DNA of 60,684 nucleotides, taken from the NCBI GenBank assembly GCA_019429055.1, contig JAHYJP010000001.1, positions 1-60,684 on the forward strand, in the 5' to 3' direction. Origin of the DNA: Bacteroidales bacterium. Lineage in GTDB: Bacteria; Bacteroidota; Bacteroidia; Bacteroidales; UBA7960. Positions 28,876-38,211 of this stretch are shown piece by piece (the first letter of the stretch is position 1; each line of letters opens with the position of its first letter). The notes below the pieces were generated by a model that searched no databases, was not told where the DNA came from, and saw only the letters and a list, made by a program, of their open reading frames with translations. Position numbers and translations under genes: made by a program.

Positions 28876-30228
28876 CTAATCTTCTGCCCTGCGTTGCTCC
28901 AGGTCTTTTTCCATTTCCAGACATGTCTTCTGGTCAATGGCATAGAAATAAAGGAGTATAGCACAGGACATATACAGTATTCCCGGGAATACAGATATCA
29001 TCAGTTTTATACCGTTGAGCGATGTTGCTGTTTGTTCTACGTTGGGTACAAAGCGGAATATTGCAAGCATCCATCCTGCCAGGGCTCCACCAATACCCCA
29101 TCCGGCTTTCTGGGCAAATGTGGCCGCCGAAAATACCAACCCGGTTGCGCGCCTGTGAAATTTCCATTCAGAATAATCTGCTGCATCTGCCAGCATGGTC
29201 CAGAGTAATGGTACCGCAGGGGCATAGGTAAATTTCGCCAGAACATTAAGAGTGTAAACTGTATAAACGTCGTCGGTACCCGGGATATAAAGCAAAATGA
29301 AGAACATGCCGGAAATCAGGGAACTGGCCATATACACGTTTCGTTTCCCAAATCGTTTGGCAAGAGGTTTTGAAAAAGGTATACCAAGAATAAGAGCAAC
29401 GGTACCGATTATATTAAACAGTTGCACGCTTTGTTCCTGTCCGACATAATATTTAAAATAATAAGCAATGGAAAGGTTCTGCAGAGCAAACATGACAAAG
29501 GAAATGATCCCCACAAAAAACAGGATTACCCACGGCCCGTTCCTGAAAAGATTTTTTACGTCTTCTTTCAGGTTTTTCTGTTGTGCCCGGGGTGGTGCTA
29601 CTCTTTCGCGAGTAGACTTAAAGGTGATCATAAAGAGGATAAAACTGATCGTTGCAAAAAGAATTAACGTATATTGATATCCCTGGGCCATATTTCCCCT
29701 GCCAAAGTAATTAGCCAGATAGAGTGCCGTACCCGTTACGATAAACTGACCGGCAAAAGCAAAAATGAAACGGTAAGAGTTTAATCCTGCTCTTTCGTAA
29801 GAGTCTGAGGTCATAACTGCTCCCAGAGATGAGTAAGGCAGATTGATGGCCGTAAAAACAGTCATTAACAGCAAGTATGTTACTCCGGCGTAAATCACCT
29901 TTCCGGTAGGGCCAAAGTCGGGCGTAGTAAAGGTGAGCACAGCGAGTACGCTATATGGCAGTGCCATCCAAAGCAAATAAGGACGGAATTTTCCCCATCG
30001 TGTATTGGTGCGGTCGGCTATAATACCCATCAAAGGGTCGCTTAACATATCCCAGAAACGGGCAATGAGCATGATAGTACCTGCAGCTGCTGCTGAAATA
30101 CCAAAAGTATCGGTATAAAAGATCAGGATCCAGAATCCCACCATATCCCATACAAAATGCGACGCTGTATCGCCCAGCCCGTAGCCGATTTTTTCCTTAA
30201 CTGATAATTTTGTTCTGTTTTTACTCAT
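28876..30228 (-). CDS. MFS transporter, GPH cation symporter family
   Basis: About 12 TM helices. The GPH motif is ARFWDMLSDPLMGIIADRTNTRWGKFRPYL. It is a diverged paralog of the 25992..27425 product. Confidence 0.8.
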   Translation of the reverse strand: MSKNRTKLSVKEKIGYGLGDTASHFVWDMVGFWILIFYTDTFGISAAAAGTIMLIARFWDMLSDPLMGIIADRTNTRWGKFRPYLLWMALPYSVLAVLTFTTPDFGPTGKVIYAGVTYLLLMTVFTAINLPYSSLGAVMTSDSYERAGLNSYRFIFAFAGQFIVTGTALYLANYFGRGNMAQGYQYTLILFATISFILFMITFKSTRERVAPPRAQQKNLKEDVKNLFRNGPWVILFFVGIISFVMFALQNLSIAYYFKYYVGQEQSVQLFNIIGTVALILGIPFSKPLAKRFGKRNVYMASSLISGMFFILLYIPGTDDVYTVYTLNVLAKFTYAPAVPLLWTMLADAADYSEWKFHRRATGLVFSAATFAQKAGWGIGGALAGWMLAIFRFVPNVEQTATSLNGIKLMISVFPGILYMSCAILLYFYAIDQKTCLEMEKDLEQRRAED

Positions 30229-30328
30229 TATTTCTCAAGGTTTATCAGGCAAAATTCATTTGAAAAAAGCTTCTAATCTAACAGGATAAAATGATCACTC
30301 AATTTTTGGAACCAATTAGTTTCCCTTT

Positions 30329-31390
30329 TCAGTCTGCTTGCCAGTCAGAAAATATCTCAACAACTTTTTTAGGTTCACGGTCTACGGTGTAGAGCCCCCA
30401 ATGCTTTTCGGCACCCATGGGGTCGTTGGGATCACCCTTCCAGTCTTCATCAAATGCTTCGAAAATAAAAGTGGTGACATTGTTTTGAACAGACCATTCC
30501 ATAAGTTCTTTTACATATCGTTTTTGCTTTTCCTGGCTTGCCCGCGGCCCGAATTCCGATGCTATGGTGGCCCAGCCGGCTTCGGCAATAACCAGCTGCT
30601 TACCGGGTAACGCCAACAATACTTCTTCAATGTTTTCAAGGGAATAGCTCATCCCTTCCTCTATATCCCTACCTTCCCATATAGGGTATAAATGAATGGA
30701 TACAAAATCCACAACTTCTGAAAGTTCCTGGCCGTGATCGGCCCACCACTTATAATTGTCGGCAACGGTTACAGGCTGCTCAATGGCTTGCTGAACCCTT
30801 TTTACGTAGGTGATTATGGAGTCGACTGTTACATGGTGTTCGTTCCAGTTTACAAGGGTTTCGTTGCCCACGTTTACAGCAACAATGATATCTTTATACT
30901 CATTGGCCAACTCAATCCCTTTTTGAATTTCAAGATCGTTGAGTTTTTTGTTCATTTCAAGTGTTTCCTGCGGCCAGGGTTCGTCAAGCCATTCACAGGT
31001 TTCATAGCTGTCGATCTCGGCCCGAAGCCAAATACCCAGCATCACTTTAAAATCGAGATTGTGTTCCCTGATCACTTCCAGCACCATCTGGCTGTTTTCT
31101 TCGCAATCGTAAAGCCGGAAGAGCCGGAAAGGAGTTTGCTCCTTCAGAATCATAAGGTCTTCAAGGATCTCCTCATGGCTTGGATTTATAGCTCCCGCTC
31201 CCCGGTCGGGATGCTGACCGGTTCTGAAACCCGAATAGCAAACCGCTTCAGACACTCCGGTAAGTAACATGTCTTCTGACTGAGGAAGACCGGGCAAGGG
31301 TTTTGTTTCACTTTTTCTTTCACCTGAAAAATTGCATGCCATAAAACTCAGCAATGTTAGTATTATTAATAAATTAAGCAAGTTTCGCAT
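30329..31390 (-). CDS. GH17 family beta-1,3-glucan hydrolase/transglycosylase, lipoprotein
   Basis: Lipoprotein signal is LLSFMACNFS. Catalytic motifs are NVGNETLVNW and LVIAEAGWAT. It is a diverged paralog of the 27553..28821 product. Confidence 0.75.
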   Translation of the reverse strand: MRNLLNLLIILTLLSFMACNFSGERKSETKPLPGLPQSEDMLLTGVSEAVCYSGFRTGQHPDRGAGAINPSHEEILEDLMILKEQTPFRLFRLYDCEENSQMVLEVIREHNLDFKVMLGIWLRAEIDSYETCEWLDEPWPQETLEMNKKLNDLEIQKGIELANEYKDIIVAVNVGNETLVNWNEHHVTVDSIITYVKRVQQAIEQPVTVADNYKWWADHGQELSEVVDFVSIHLYPIWEGRDIEEGMSYSLENIEEVLLALPGKQLVIAEAGWATIASEFGPRASQEKQKRYVKELMEWSVQNNVTTFIFEAFDEDWKGDPNDPMGAEKHWGLYTVDREPKKVVEIFSDWQAD

Positions 31391-31415
31391 AGCTTGTGTT
31401 TTTTTATATTACTGA

Positions 31416-34400
31416 TTATCTGGTTATTCTCAGAAAGACTTCCAGGCGGTCAATTTCACCCGACCTCTTGAAGATCTTTTTGCTGATTTCCGGGCTTAAA
31501 ATATTTCCGGCAATTTCATCATTTTTGCCGTTTGCGAAGAATACGATGATTTTCTCAGTGTCAGATGAAGAATACACCACAGGCACCGAACAGTATGTAA
31601 AGGCCAGCTGACCTTTGTCAAGTGATATCTGCCCATTTTTACCTTTCACATCAACATAATCAAACAGTTGCGACTCATTGAGAAACTCGTCTTTTCTAAG
31701 CAGGCAAGAATCAAAATACAATTGCCCCTCTTTTACAAACACCCCCAGTTCTCCAAACCGCGAAAGGATATCCTCCTTCACCTGGCCGGTCATCCCGGGT
31801 TGCTGTGCACCTTTGTGTTGGGGTGTGTGTGAGTAGGGATCGGTGGGGAATGCTCCGTAAAGTTCGGGGGATTTATGTACGCCAATTCCGGCCTCAATCT
31901 CATAATAATGATCAAGCAATTTTCCGATAACAATCGGATCGGCCTTTTCTTCAAAGGCTTTCAGACAACATTCCTGCACGGCCAGCAACAGTTTCGATAC
32001 CATATGCCAGTAAATGGAGCCCAGCCCTTCAAAGGCAAAGAAGGTTCCGGATCTGCCCGTAAATGCTTTGTGGTGGAATACTTTTTCGAAAATATCCAGC
32101 AAAAGCTTACGGTCTTTATCTGCCAGGCCTTTGTACTCTCCGTCAGCCAGTTCGTTCAAGGCCTTTTCAAGATCCTTCGCATTTCTGAAGTTCCCGTTGA
32201 AATGATATCCACCCTGAATATCCTGCTCAACAATTTGTTTATTTCCGCGGGCAACCATTTTTTGAATGAGTTCTGATGATTTTGCATCAGATTCGGGAAT
32301 GGTATTTTTTTGTAAAAATCCGTTCAATTTTTTGTTGGGATACAAAATGTAACTGTACTGATCCGGCCTGAAAAGTGCACTGCTTTTCAAAGCGTCCAGC
32401 ACTTCAAGAGCTTCCTGCGAGCTTAAATAGCCCGAGCTTAAAACGGCAACCTGCCCCTCAAGCATTTCGCTGAGATGAGAGCAAGAAACCTCCGTATCTG
32501 TGGCTGTCATAAGGTTGTAAGCATGATAAAGCTTGTCTTCCCTTTTGTTGGCACGGATTGAATGCTCGATAAAACCAAGGCTCACCCGGGTAAAATTCTT
32601 CAACCCTGACAATGACAAACTTCTTTTTTTACCCCAGAAACCACTTTGATAAATATGTTGCCTGTAATCTGAAGCTGCCTTACCTAAACGATCAAGGATA
32701 ATTTTCCGGTCCTTGTCGCTGATGTTTGCTGATAACAACGGACTGAACTCATAAAGGGTTTCCCTTACACTGTGGTAAAACTCAATAAGTTCGCTGGAAA
32801 CTTTAATGTTTTCCAGGTCTGATCTGTCCAGTGCCTTCTGAAAAAACTTCATAAAACGATGCAGATAGTATAATGTAACCATGGATACACCATTACCTAC
32901 CAGTGCGTTATTGGCATCGTTCCATTCCGGTCTTTGTGTGTTAAGCCAGATACCTGTTTCAGGTATTAAGTTGGATATTTTGGCCAACACTGTTGCCATT
33001 ATTTTCTCCAGGAAATTAACATGGTAAATCGCATTACCCCCGGCAGTAAGCAAGGCTCCGTCAGCTCCCAGCATTTCGCGATTTTTTCTGATTGCTTCAT
33101 CCCATTTATGGTCAAATTCAATGGTATCCTTAGGATTTTTCAGAATCTGATCATAGGGTTTAATGATATAGGGAACAGCTGCATATACAAACCACTCTTT
33201 ATCAAAATAAGATTGCAAGGTTCCGGGATGATAATTCTCAATGATCTCAAAAAATTTCTGCAGGTAGATGATCTGATGATCGCCCCAGTAGCCTATGTAT
33301 GACCATGGATTGTCGGGTTCAATGGTTTCCCAGTCGAAGCCATCCTTTGTAACCCTGTAGGGATTGTATCCGTCGAAAGTTGAAGCATTGAGGAATTTGA
33401 AGATCATTCCTTCAATAAATTCAGGATAGGATTTAGCAAGAGCTTCCCAGTTCTGGAACAGATCGCGCCAGTTACCTTCATAATCCAGAATTTCAGAGCC
33501 GTCTTTTTCGTCCTGGATATTGATGGTGAAATAGTTCCACGGGCGGCTGGGGTCTCCATGTCTGCGGCTGAATTTTAAAGGAAGGTATTCTATGGAAAGC
33601 CTGATGAAATCAACATCATCACTATCCAGTAAAAGATCTCTGAGTGCAGACTGGCTGAATACATCTTCCAGTTTCTGAATAAAACCATGATTTCTGGCAA
33701 CTACATCTTTGTTGGCATCGGTCAGGTAATTTACAAAATCACCTTTTTGGATCTGATAATTATCGTCAAAAATACCCCCGCGCATGATGTTAAAAAGCAC
33801 ATTGGAATAATGGCGGGTATCGCTCAGCTTATCTGCCGAAAACTGCAAGCCATCAGCACCGGCGACAAGCCGGATCAGGTTCCGGGTACCGGAGTCAATG
33901 TCCTGCTGAATTGCTTTCTCAATGTTTTTATCCTCTTTGATTAAACTTGAAAGACTAATGATCTGTGCAATGTTTTGATTAACATTAGCAACGATCTGCC
34001 ATTTTTTGGCTTTATTGCCAGGCAGTGAAATTTCAGAGGAAACAAAGTAAGATCCTTTTTCTCCTTTAATGTCGTTTTCCCCCTGAATTTCATGCTTCTG
34101 CCTGAACTTGTTCAGCTGTAATGATGAAAGAAGATACTTTGGATTTTCAAGTCCGAGAGACCATGCTATATTGGCCTTTAAAGCTTCACTGGGCTCGGCT
34201 TTATCAACAATAATAGCGCTGAGTGCAAAAATTCCAATGCCCGAAACCGGGTCCAGTTCACTTCTTTTATAAGCATCAACCAGATTGCTGGTAGATCGTT
34301 GCAGGTCGCTGGGAACACCGTAGGGCATGATATTCTGAATTCCATCCAGGATGGTGATCCTGCATTCTTTATCTGAATTATTGATCAGCTCGGCCTTCCT

Positions 34401-34847
34401 GATAAAACCAAACACCTTCCCTGAATTCCACTGGTACCTGAAAGTAAGATGCAGATCGTGGTTGATCTCTTCAAAGATGATTTTATTGCCATAAATACTC
34501 TTATAAAGATTACGGCTTATGGAATACTTACCGGTAAATCTTTCAGAAAATGGCTCCCAGATCAGAACATCGTTTTCGGCATGAATCCTGAGTATGGTTT
34601 TGCTTCCGGTAGTATCAGCCGATTCAGTAATCTTATCATCGGTATAATAGGGAAACAAGGCAAATTCAGGGTTTTTGCGTCCGGCCGAAAGGCCCCCGTT
34701 GCTTGAAATGAACATCCAGTGATTGGCATCACTTACGATACTCATAAAGAACGGACGCATGGCATCCTGATTGCTGATTTTGAAATAGTTTTCATTTTCA
34801 AATTCAACTTCCTTCATCTCTACCTTTTTACTTTGTTCGTTGATCAT
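31416..34847 (-). CDS. cytoplasmic GH94-clan glycoside phosphorylase, GH149-like (putative beta-1,3-glucan / laminari-oligosaccharide phosphorylase)
   Basis: ATG at 34847 gives a 1143-aa protein with no signal peptide. Three segments parallel motifs recalled from GH94 phosphorylases: NWRDLFQN (R-D-x-x-Q-D/N), RPEWNDANNAL (catalytic D/E-W-N-D) and FEGLGSIYWHMVSK (E-x-G-x-I-F/Y-x-H). The size and the laminarin-PUL context fit GH149. Confidence 0.55.
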   Translation of the reverse strand: MINEQSKKVEMKEVEFENENYFKISNQDAMRPFFMSIVSDANHWMFISSNGGLSAGRKNPEFALFPYYTDDKITESADTTGSKTILRIHAENDVLIWEPFSERFTGKYSISRNLYKSIYGNKIIFEEINHDLHLTFRYQWNSGKVFGFIRKAELINNSDKECRITILDGIQNIMPYGVPSDLQRSTSNLVDAYKRSELDPVSGIGIFALSAIIVDKAEPSEALKANIAWSLGLENPKYLLSSLQLNKFRQKHEIQGENDIKGEKGSYFVSSEISLPGNKAKKWQIVANVNQNIAQIISLSSLIKEDKNIEKAIQQDIDSGTRNLIRLVAGADGLQFSADKLSDTRHYSNVLFNIMRGGIFDDNYQIQKGDFVNYLTDANKDVVARNHGFIQKLEDVFSQSALRDLLLDSDDVDFIRLSIEYLPLKFSRRHGDPSRPWNYFTINIQDEKDGSEILDYEGNWRDLFQNWEALAKSYPEFIEGMIFKFLNASTFDGYNPYRVTKDGFDWETIEPDNPWSYIGYWGDHQIIYLQKFFEIIENYHPGTLQSYFDKEWFVYAAVPYIIKPYDQILKNPKDTIEFDHKWDEAIRKNREMLGADGALLTAGGNAIYHVNFLEKIMATVLAKISNLIPETGIWLNTQRPEWNDANNALVGNGVSMVTLYYLHRFMKFFQKALDRSDLENIKVSSELIEFYHSVRETLYEFSPLLSANISDKDRKIILDRLGKAASDYRQHIYQSGFWGKKRSLSLSGLKNFTRVSLGFIEHSIRANKREDKLYHAYNLMTATDTEVSCSHLSEMLEGQVAVLSSGYLSSQEALEVLDALKSSALFRPDQYSYILYPNKKLNGFLQKNTIPESDAKSSELIQKMVARGNKQIVEQDIQGGYHFNGNFRNAKDLEKALNELADGEYKGLADKDRKLLLDIFEKVFHHKAFTGRSGTFFAFEGLGSIYWHMVSKLLLAVQECCLKAFEEKADPIVIGKLLDHYYEIEAGIGVHKSPELYGAFPTDPYSHTPQHKGAQQPGMTGQVKEDILSRFGELGVFVKEGQLYFDSCLLRKDEFLNESQLFDYVDVKGKNGQISLDKGQLAFTYCSVPVVYSSSDTEKIIVFFANGKNDEIAGNILSPEISKKIFKRSGEIDRLEVFLRITR

Positions 34848-34880
34848 ATAGCGGAAATTTAAATTTTTTATACACATTTT

Positions 34881-34945
34881 AAAAAAAGCTGCCGGTCTAA
34901 AGAAAGTTTCCGTTGAAGAACCTTCCCAACCCTGCGACCGGCAGC
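34881..34945 (-). other. long-loop stem structure followed by a T-run between the GH-A gene and the phosphorylase gene
   Basis: Perfect 10-bp inverted repeat GCTGCCGGTC (34888-97) / GACCGGCAGC (34936-45) with a 38-nt loop. On the minus strand a T7 run follows. Confidence 0.45.
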
Positions 34946-35025
34946 AAAACAACACCATGAAAAAGTGTTATGAAATAATGACCTGTTCCAAAAAACATCA
35001 TTTCAGAAAATGATTACTACTTCCA

Positions 35026-36345
35026 TTAATTAACATAAAAAGGAATATTGGCAGTTCCTGCCTGATTGTGTTCATCGGTTACATAAACCAGAATTCGGTA
35101 TGCACCTTTTTCAGCAGGAGCTTTAAAAATAACTCCAGATGTATTTGCTGAGATAATCAATCCTTCAATACTTGGAGGTCTGGCTTCGAAATCGCCACCT
35201 ACGCTTAATTCAACCGGTTCGGGCATAACCTCAGCTCTAACACTCAAACTCTCCATCTCAGCATGCTCCACATCTAGTTTTACAGTATATTCAGCATTTT
35301 TTTCAAGCATAACATCGTCAAAACGACCACCTAACCCTTCAATGGTAATATCTTTCATACGGGGAGCTATATTTTCGGGCCATTTACCGGTCCAAAGATA
35401 TTCCATCATGTTAATGGCCTCAGTCTTTTCGCCTGCTTCGGTAAATAAGCCATACCATGAAGGAGTGCGTTCCTGTTTTTGTCCCCAGAGAAAAACATAT
35501 GACCCCATGCAATTGGTTTCGTCAGCAAGTAAAACCTCCTCGTAACGCAACCTGATAGCTTCTGCTTTTTCAGCTGATGTTTGTTCAATAGAAGAACCCC
35601 ATTTTGTTTCAGGCATTTCCCAGTGACCTGTAGGTCCCCACTCCGCGACAAGGTAGGGGCCGTCGTAATTAGCATTTTTGAGCCTTTGTTCAAGGTTGAT
35701 GAGATTTCCGTAAGTTTGAATGGAAATAAAATCCAGATCAGGGCAGTTTTCAGCAATGTATTCTACTTCAGCCCGGGCAATTCCGGCAAGCATGGTAGTT
35801 ACAACATGATTTCCGTCAACTTCCTTGATCATACGGGCAATGTCATTAACTGCATTCCAAACCTTTTTGTTGGTATATCCGAGATTAAGTTCATTACCTA
35901 TACCCCAGCCCAGTAGTGCCGGATGGTCTTTTAATTCAATGACTTCATTGCGTATCCTTTCAAGTTGTGCTGCTATAGCCGCTTCATCATCGTAATCAAA
36001 ACCATGTCGCTCTATTCCCACATACAATCCCATCATTACCATCAAACCGTTTTCCCACGCCTTATCAAGGGTTTCAAGCGCGGCTTGCGCAGTTTCACCG
36101 GTACTCCAGGTACGAAACGAATTGCCGCCATGTGCTGCTATTTCCATACAGGGGCCATACTGACATCCTGCTCCTTTCACATAAAACTCTTCATCATTTA
36201 CATACAACCGGTATTTTCCGTCAACATTGCGCATCTCAACAATGGAAGGTCCAGCCTCCCTGGGATCTGCAGCAGGTTTTTCTCCCTGATTACATGCAAA
36301 AAATAACATTGCAATAATTACCGGAATAAATTTCAACATTTTCAT
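35026..36345 (-). CDS. clan GH-A (beta/alpha)8 glycoside hydrolase lipoprotein with C-terminal Ig-like domain (GH158/GH5-like, putative beta-glucanase)
   Basis: Lipoprotein signal is MLFFACNQGE. TIM-barrel motifs are GGNSFRTW, LLGWGIGNELN (acid/base Glu) and LVAEWGPTGHWE (nucleophile Glu). The C-terminal ~100 aa form a beta-sandwich-like tail (YRILVYVTDEHNQAGTANIPFYV). The family number is uncertain. Confidence 0.6.
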   Translation of the reverse strand: MKMLKFIPVIIAMLFFACNQGEKPAADPREAGPSIVEMRNVDGKYRLYVNDEEFYVKGAGCQYGPCMEIAAHGGNSFRTWSTGETAQAALETLDKAWENGLMVMMGLYVGIERHGFDYDDEAAIAAQLERIRNEVIELKDHPALLGWGIGNELNLGYTNKKVWNAVNDIARMIKEVDGNHVVTTMLAGIARAEVEYIAENCPDLDFISIQTYGNLINLEQRLKNANYDGPYLVAEWGPTGHWEMPETKWGSSIEQTSAEKAEAIRLRYEEVLLADETNCMGSYVFLWGQKQERTPSWYGLFTEAGEKTEAINMMEYLWTGKWPENIAPRMKDITIEGLGGRFDDVMLEKNAEYTVKLDVEHAEMESLSVRAEVMPEPVELSVGGDFEARPPSIEGLIISANTSGVIFKAPAEKGAYRILVYVTDEHNQAGTANIPFYVN

Positions 36346-36352
36346 TTCCGTA

Positions 36353-37918
36353 TTATTTTATGAGTTTAGACTCTAATTCTTCGAGCGATTTCCCTTTGGT
36401 TTCGGGCACAAAACGCCATACAAAAATCAAGGTAAGAAGTCCGAAAAAGGAATAGATCAGATAGGTCTTTCCGGAACCCATAAACTCAAGCTGTGCCGGA
36501 AATACCGTTGCCACGGAGAAACTTACAATAGAATTCCAGAAACCCATGATGGATATGGCAAGGCCACGAAGCTTATTGGGAAAGATCTCAGAAAGCAAGG
36601 TCCACATAACCGGCCCCATAGATATGGCAAATGATGCCACGAACATGATCAGACCCACCAAAACCCATATCCCGTTAATGGTAATACTATGTTTCAGTAT
36701 GATTTCCTTAAAACTGTTGTAGGTATCCTGACCCACTTTTTCCTTAACAAGGGAAAAGAATGCTACTTCATTTTCAAAAACCCTGCTCTCAAGTTCTGTA
36801 AGCTTCTGAATATTGGCAAGATGCACAGCATCGGCATCCATCTCCATAACTTCCTCCATAAGCGATTGCATGCTTGCCTGGTCAATATTGTATTGGGCAT
36901 TCTGAAATGAGAATCCCACTATGGCAAGCGAAATAAAAATACCAGTAGCACCCATATATAGCAAAGGTTTACGTCCCAGGCTATCGATCAGGAACATGGC
37001 AACCACAGTCATAACTACATTGGTAACACCCAGGATAGCGGCCTGCAGAAAAGCAGCATCTTTACCACCGCCGGCCATCTCAAAGATCATAGGGGCGTAA
37101 TAGAAAATGGCATTGATACCTGTTATCTGCTGAAAGAAGGCAATACCAAATCCAATGATCAGCACAGTTTTCATGCGTGCAGAAAACACATCAGACCAGC
37201 GGGCTTTATCCTTGTTCACTTCTTCTTTAAGACTTCTGTCAATTTCCTGATATTCAATAAGCGATTGAGCTTTACCGTGTACTTTTACCAACACATTCAG
37301 GGCCTCATCTTCCTTTCCTTTTTGCATGAGCCATCTTGGGCTTCGGGGAACGGTAAAAAGAAGTGCAAGGTATACTATTGCCGGAACTGCTTCCACTCCC
37401 AGCATAATCCGCCACTTCAAATCAGGATCGGCAATGGTTTGCTGGAAATAATAATTGGAAAAATAAGCTATGGAAATACCCAGTACTATATTGAGCTGAT
37501 TGAAGGTAACCAGCGTGCCCCTGAGTTTTCGCGGTGCAATTTCAGCAATATACATGGGAGCTACAAGAATGGCTATCCCTACTCCCAGTCCTCCCAGGAT
37601 ACGTGCGATAAGGAAAACAATTATGTCGCTGGCAAGGGCAGACGTAATAGCGCTTAGTGTAAACAATACAGCTGTAAACATCAGCATCTTTTTACGTCCG
37701 AAACGGTCTGCCAGTCTTCCTGCAATGATGTTTCCCATAATTGCACCCAAAATGAGTGAGCTAACGGAAAACCCTATCAGCATGGAGCCCGAGTCTAATC
37801 CAAATGTCTCACGATAAAAAGGGACAGCTCCGGAAATCACTGCACTGTCGAAGCCCAGTAGAAATCCCCCGAGTGCTACAATGAGTGATATGAATATGGT
37901 ATAGGTTTTTTTTGTCAT
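36353..37918 (-). CDS. sugar porter (SP) family MFS transporter with a ~75-aa hydrophilic insertion
   Basis: SP signatures are GRLADRFGRKKML, PRSPRWL, PMYIAEIAPRKLRG and VPETKGKSLEELE. It is 521 aa, with an extra segment at aa 339-415 between predicted TM9 and TM10. Confidence 0.85.
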   Translation of the reverse strand: MTKKTYTIFISLIVALGGFLLGFDSAVISGAVPFYRETFGLDSGSMLIGFSVSSLILGAIMGNIIAGRLADRFGRKKMLMFTAVLFTLSAITSALASDIIVFLIARILGGLGVGIAILVAPMYIAEIAPRKLRGTLVTFNQLNIVLGISIAYFSNYYFQQTIADPDLKWRIMLGVEAVPAIVYLALLFTVPRSPRWLMQKGKEDEALNVLVKVHGKAQSLIEYQEIDRSLKEEVNKDKARWSDVFSARMKTVLIIGFGIAFFQQITGINAIFYYAPMIFEMAGGGKDAAFLQAAILGVTNVVMTVVAMFLIDSLGRKPLLYMGATGIFISLAIVGFSFQNAQYNIDQASMQSLMEEVMEMDADAVHLANIQKLTELESRVFENEVAFFSLVKEKVGQDTYNSFKEIILKHSITINGIWVLVGLIMFVASFAISMGPVMWTLLSEIFPNKLRGLAISIMGFWNSIVSFSVATVFPAQLEFMGSGKTYLIYSFFGLLTLIFVWRFVPETKGKSLEELESKLIK

Positions 37919-38093
37919 AGATCGGGAATTGCTCTTTAAAGTTTTGGGAAATTTGATATTCTGCTGTGGCTTTTGCCTGTATTTGTCTTTTCAGGATTTT
38001 AAAGCCCTATAAAAAGGGTAAAGTAAACCTTAACAGATGAGTTTAATCACCTTCGTAAAACAAAAACAACAATTTAAGTTCGTATCTTAAAAC

Positions 38094-38201
38094 GAAAAAA
38101 TAAGCCGGGTTTTCTCATCCCCTTCGATCATTCCGGTTTCAATAACGCTCTTTAAAAGAAACTCTTTTTATGACCGTTAAGGATGAGAAACGACCCCGGC
38201 T
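38094..38201 (-). terminator. large imperfect hairpin plus T-run downstream of susD (putative intra-operon terminator/attenuator)
   Basis: Plus-strand arms are AAGCCGGGTTTTCTCATCC (38102-20) and GGATGAGAAACGACCCCGGCTT (38181-201). On the minus strand the structure begins 11 nt after the susD stop and is followed by ATTTTTT. Confidence 0.5.
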
Positions 38202-38211
38202 TCAGACAGAT

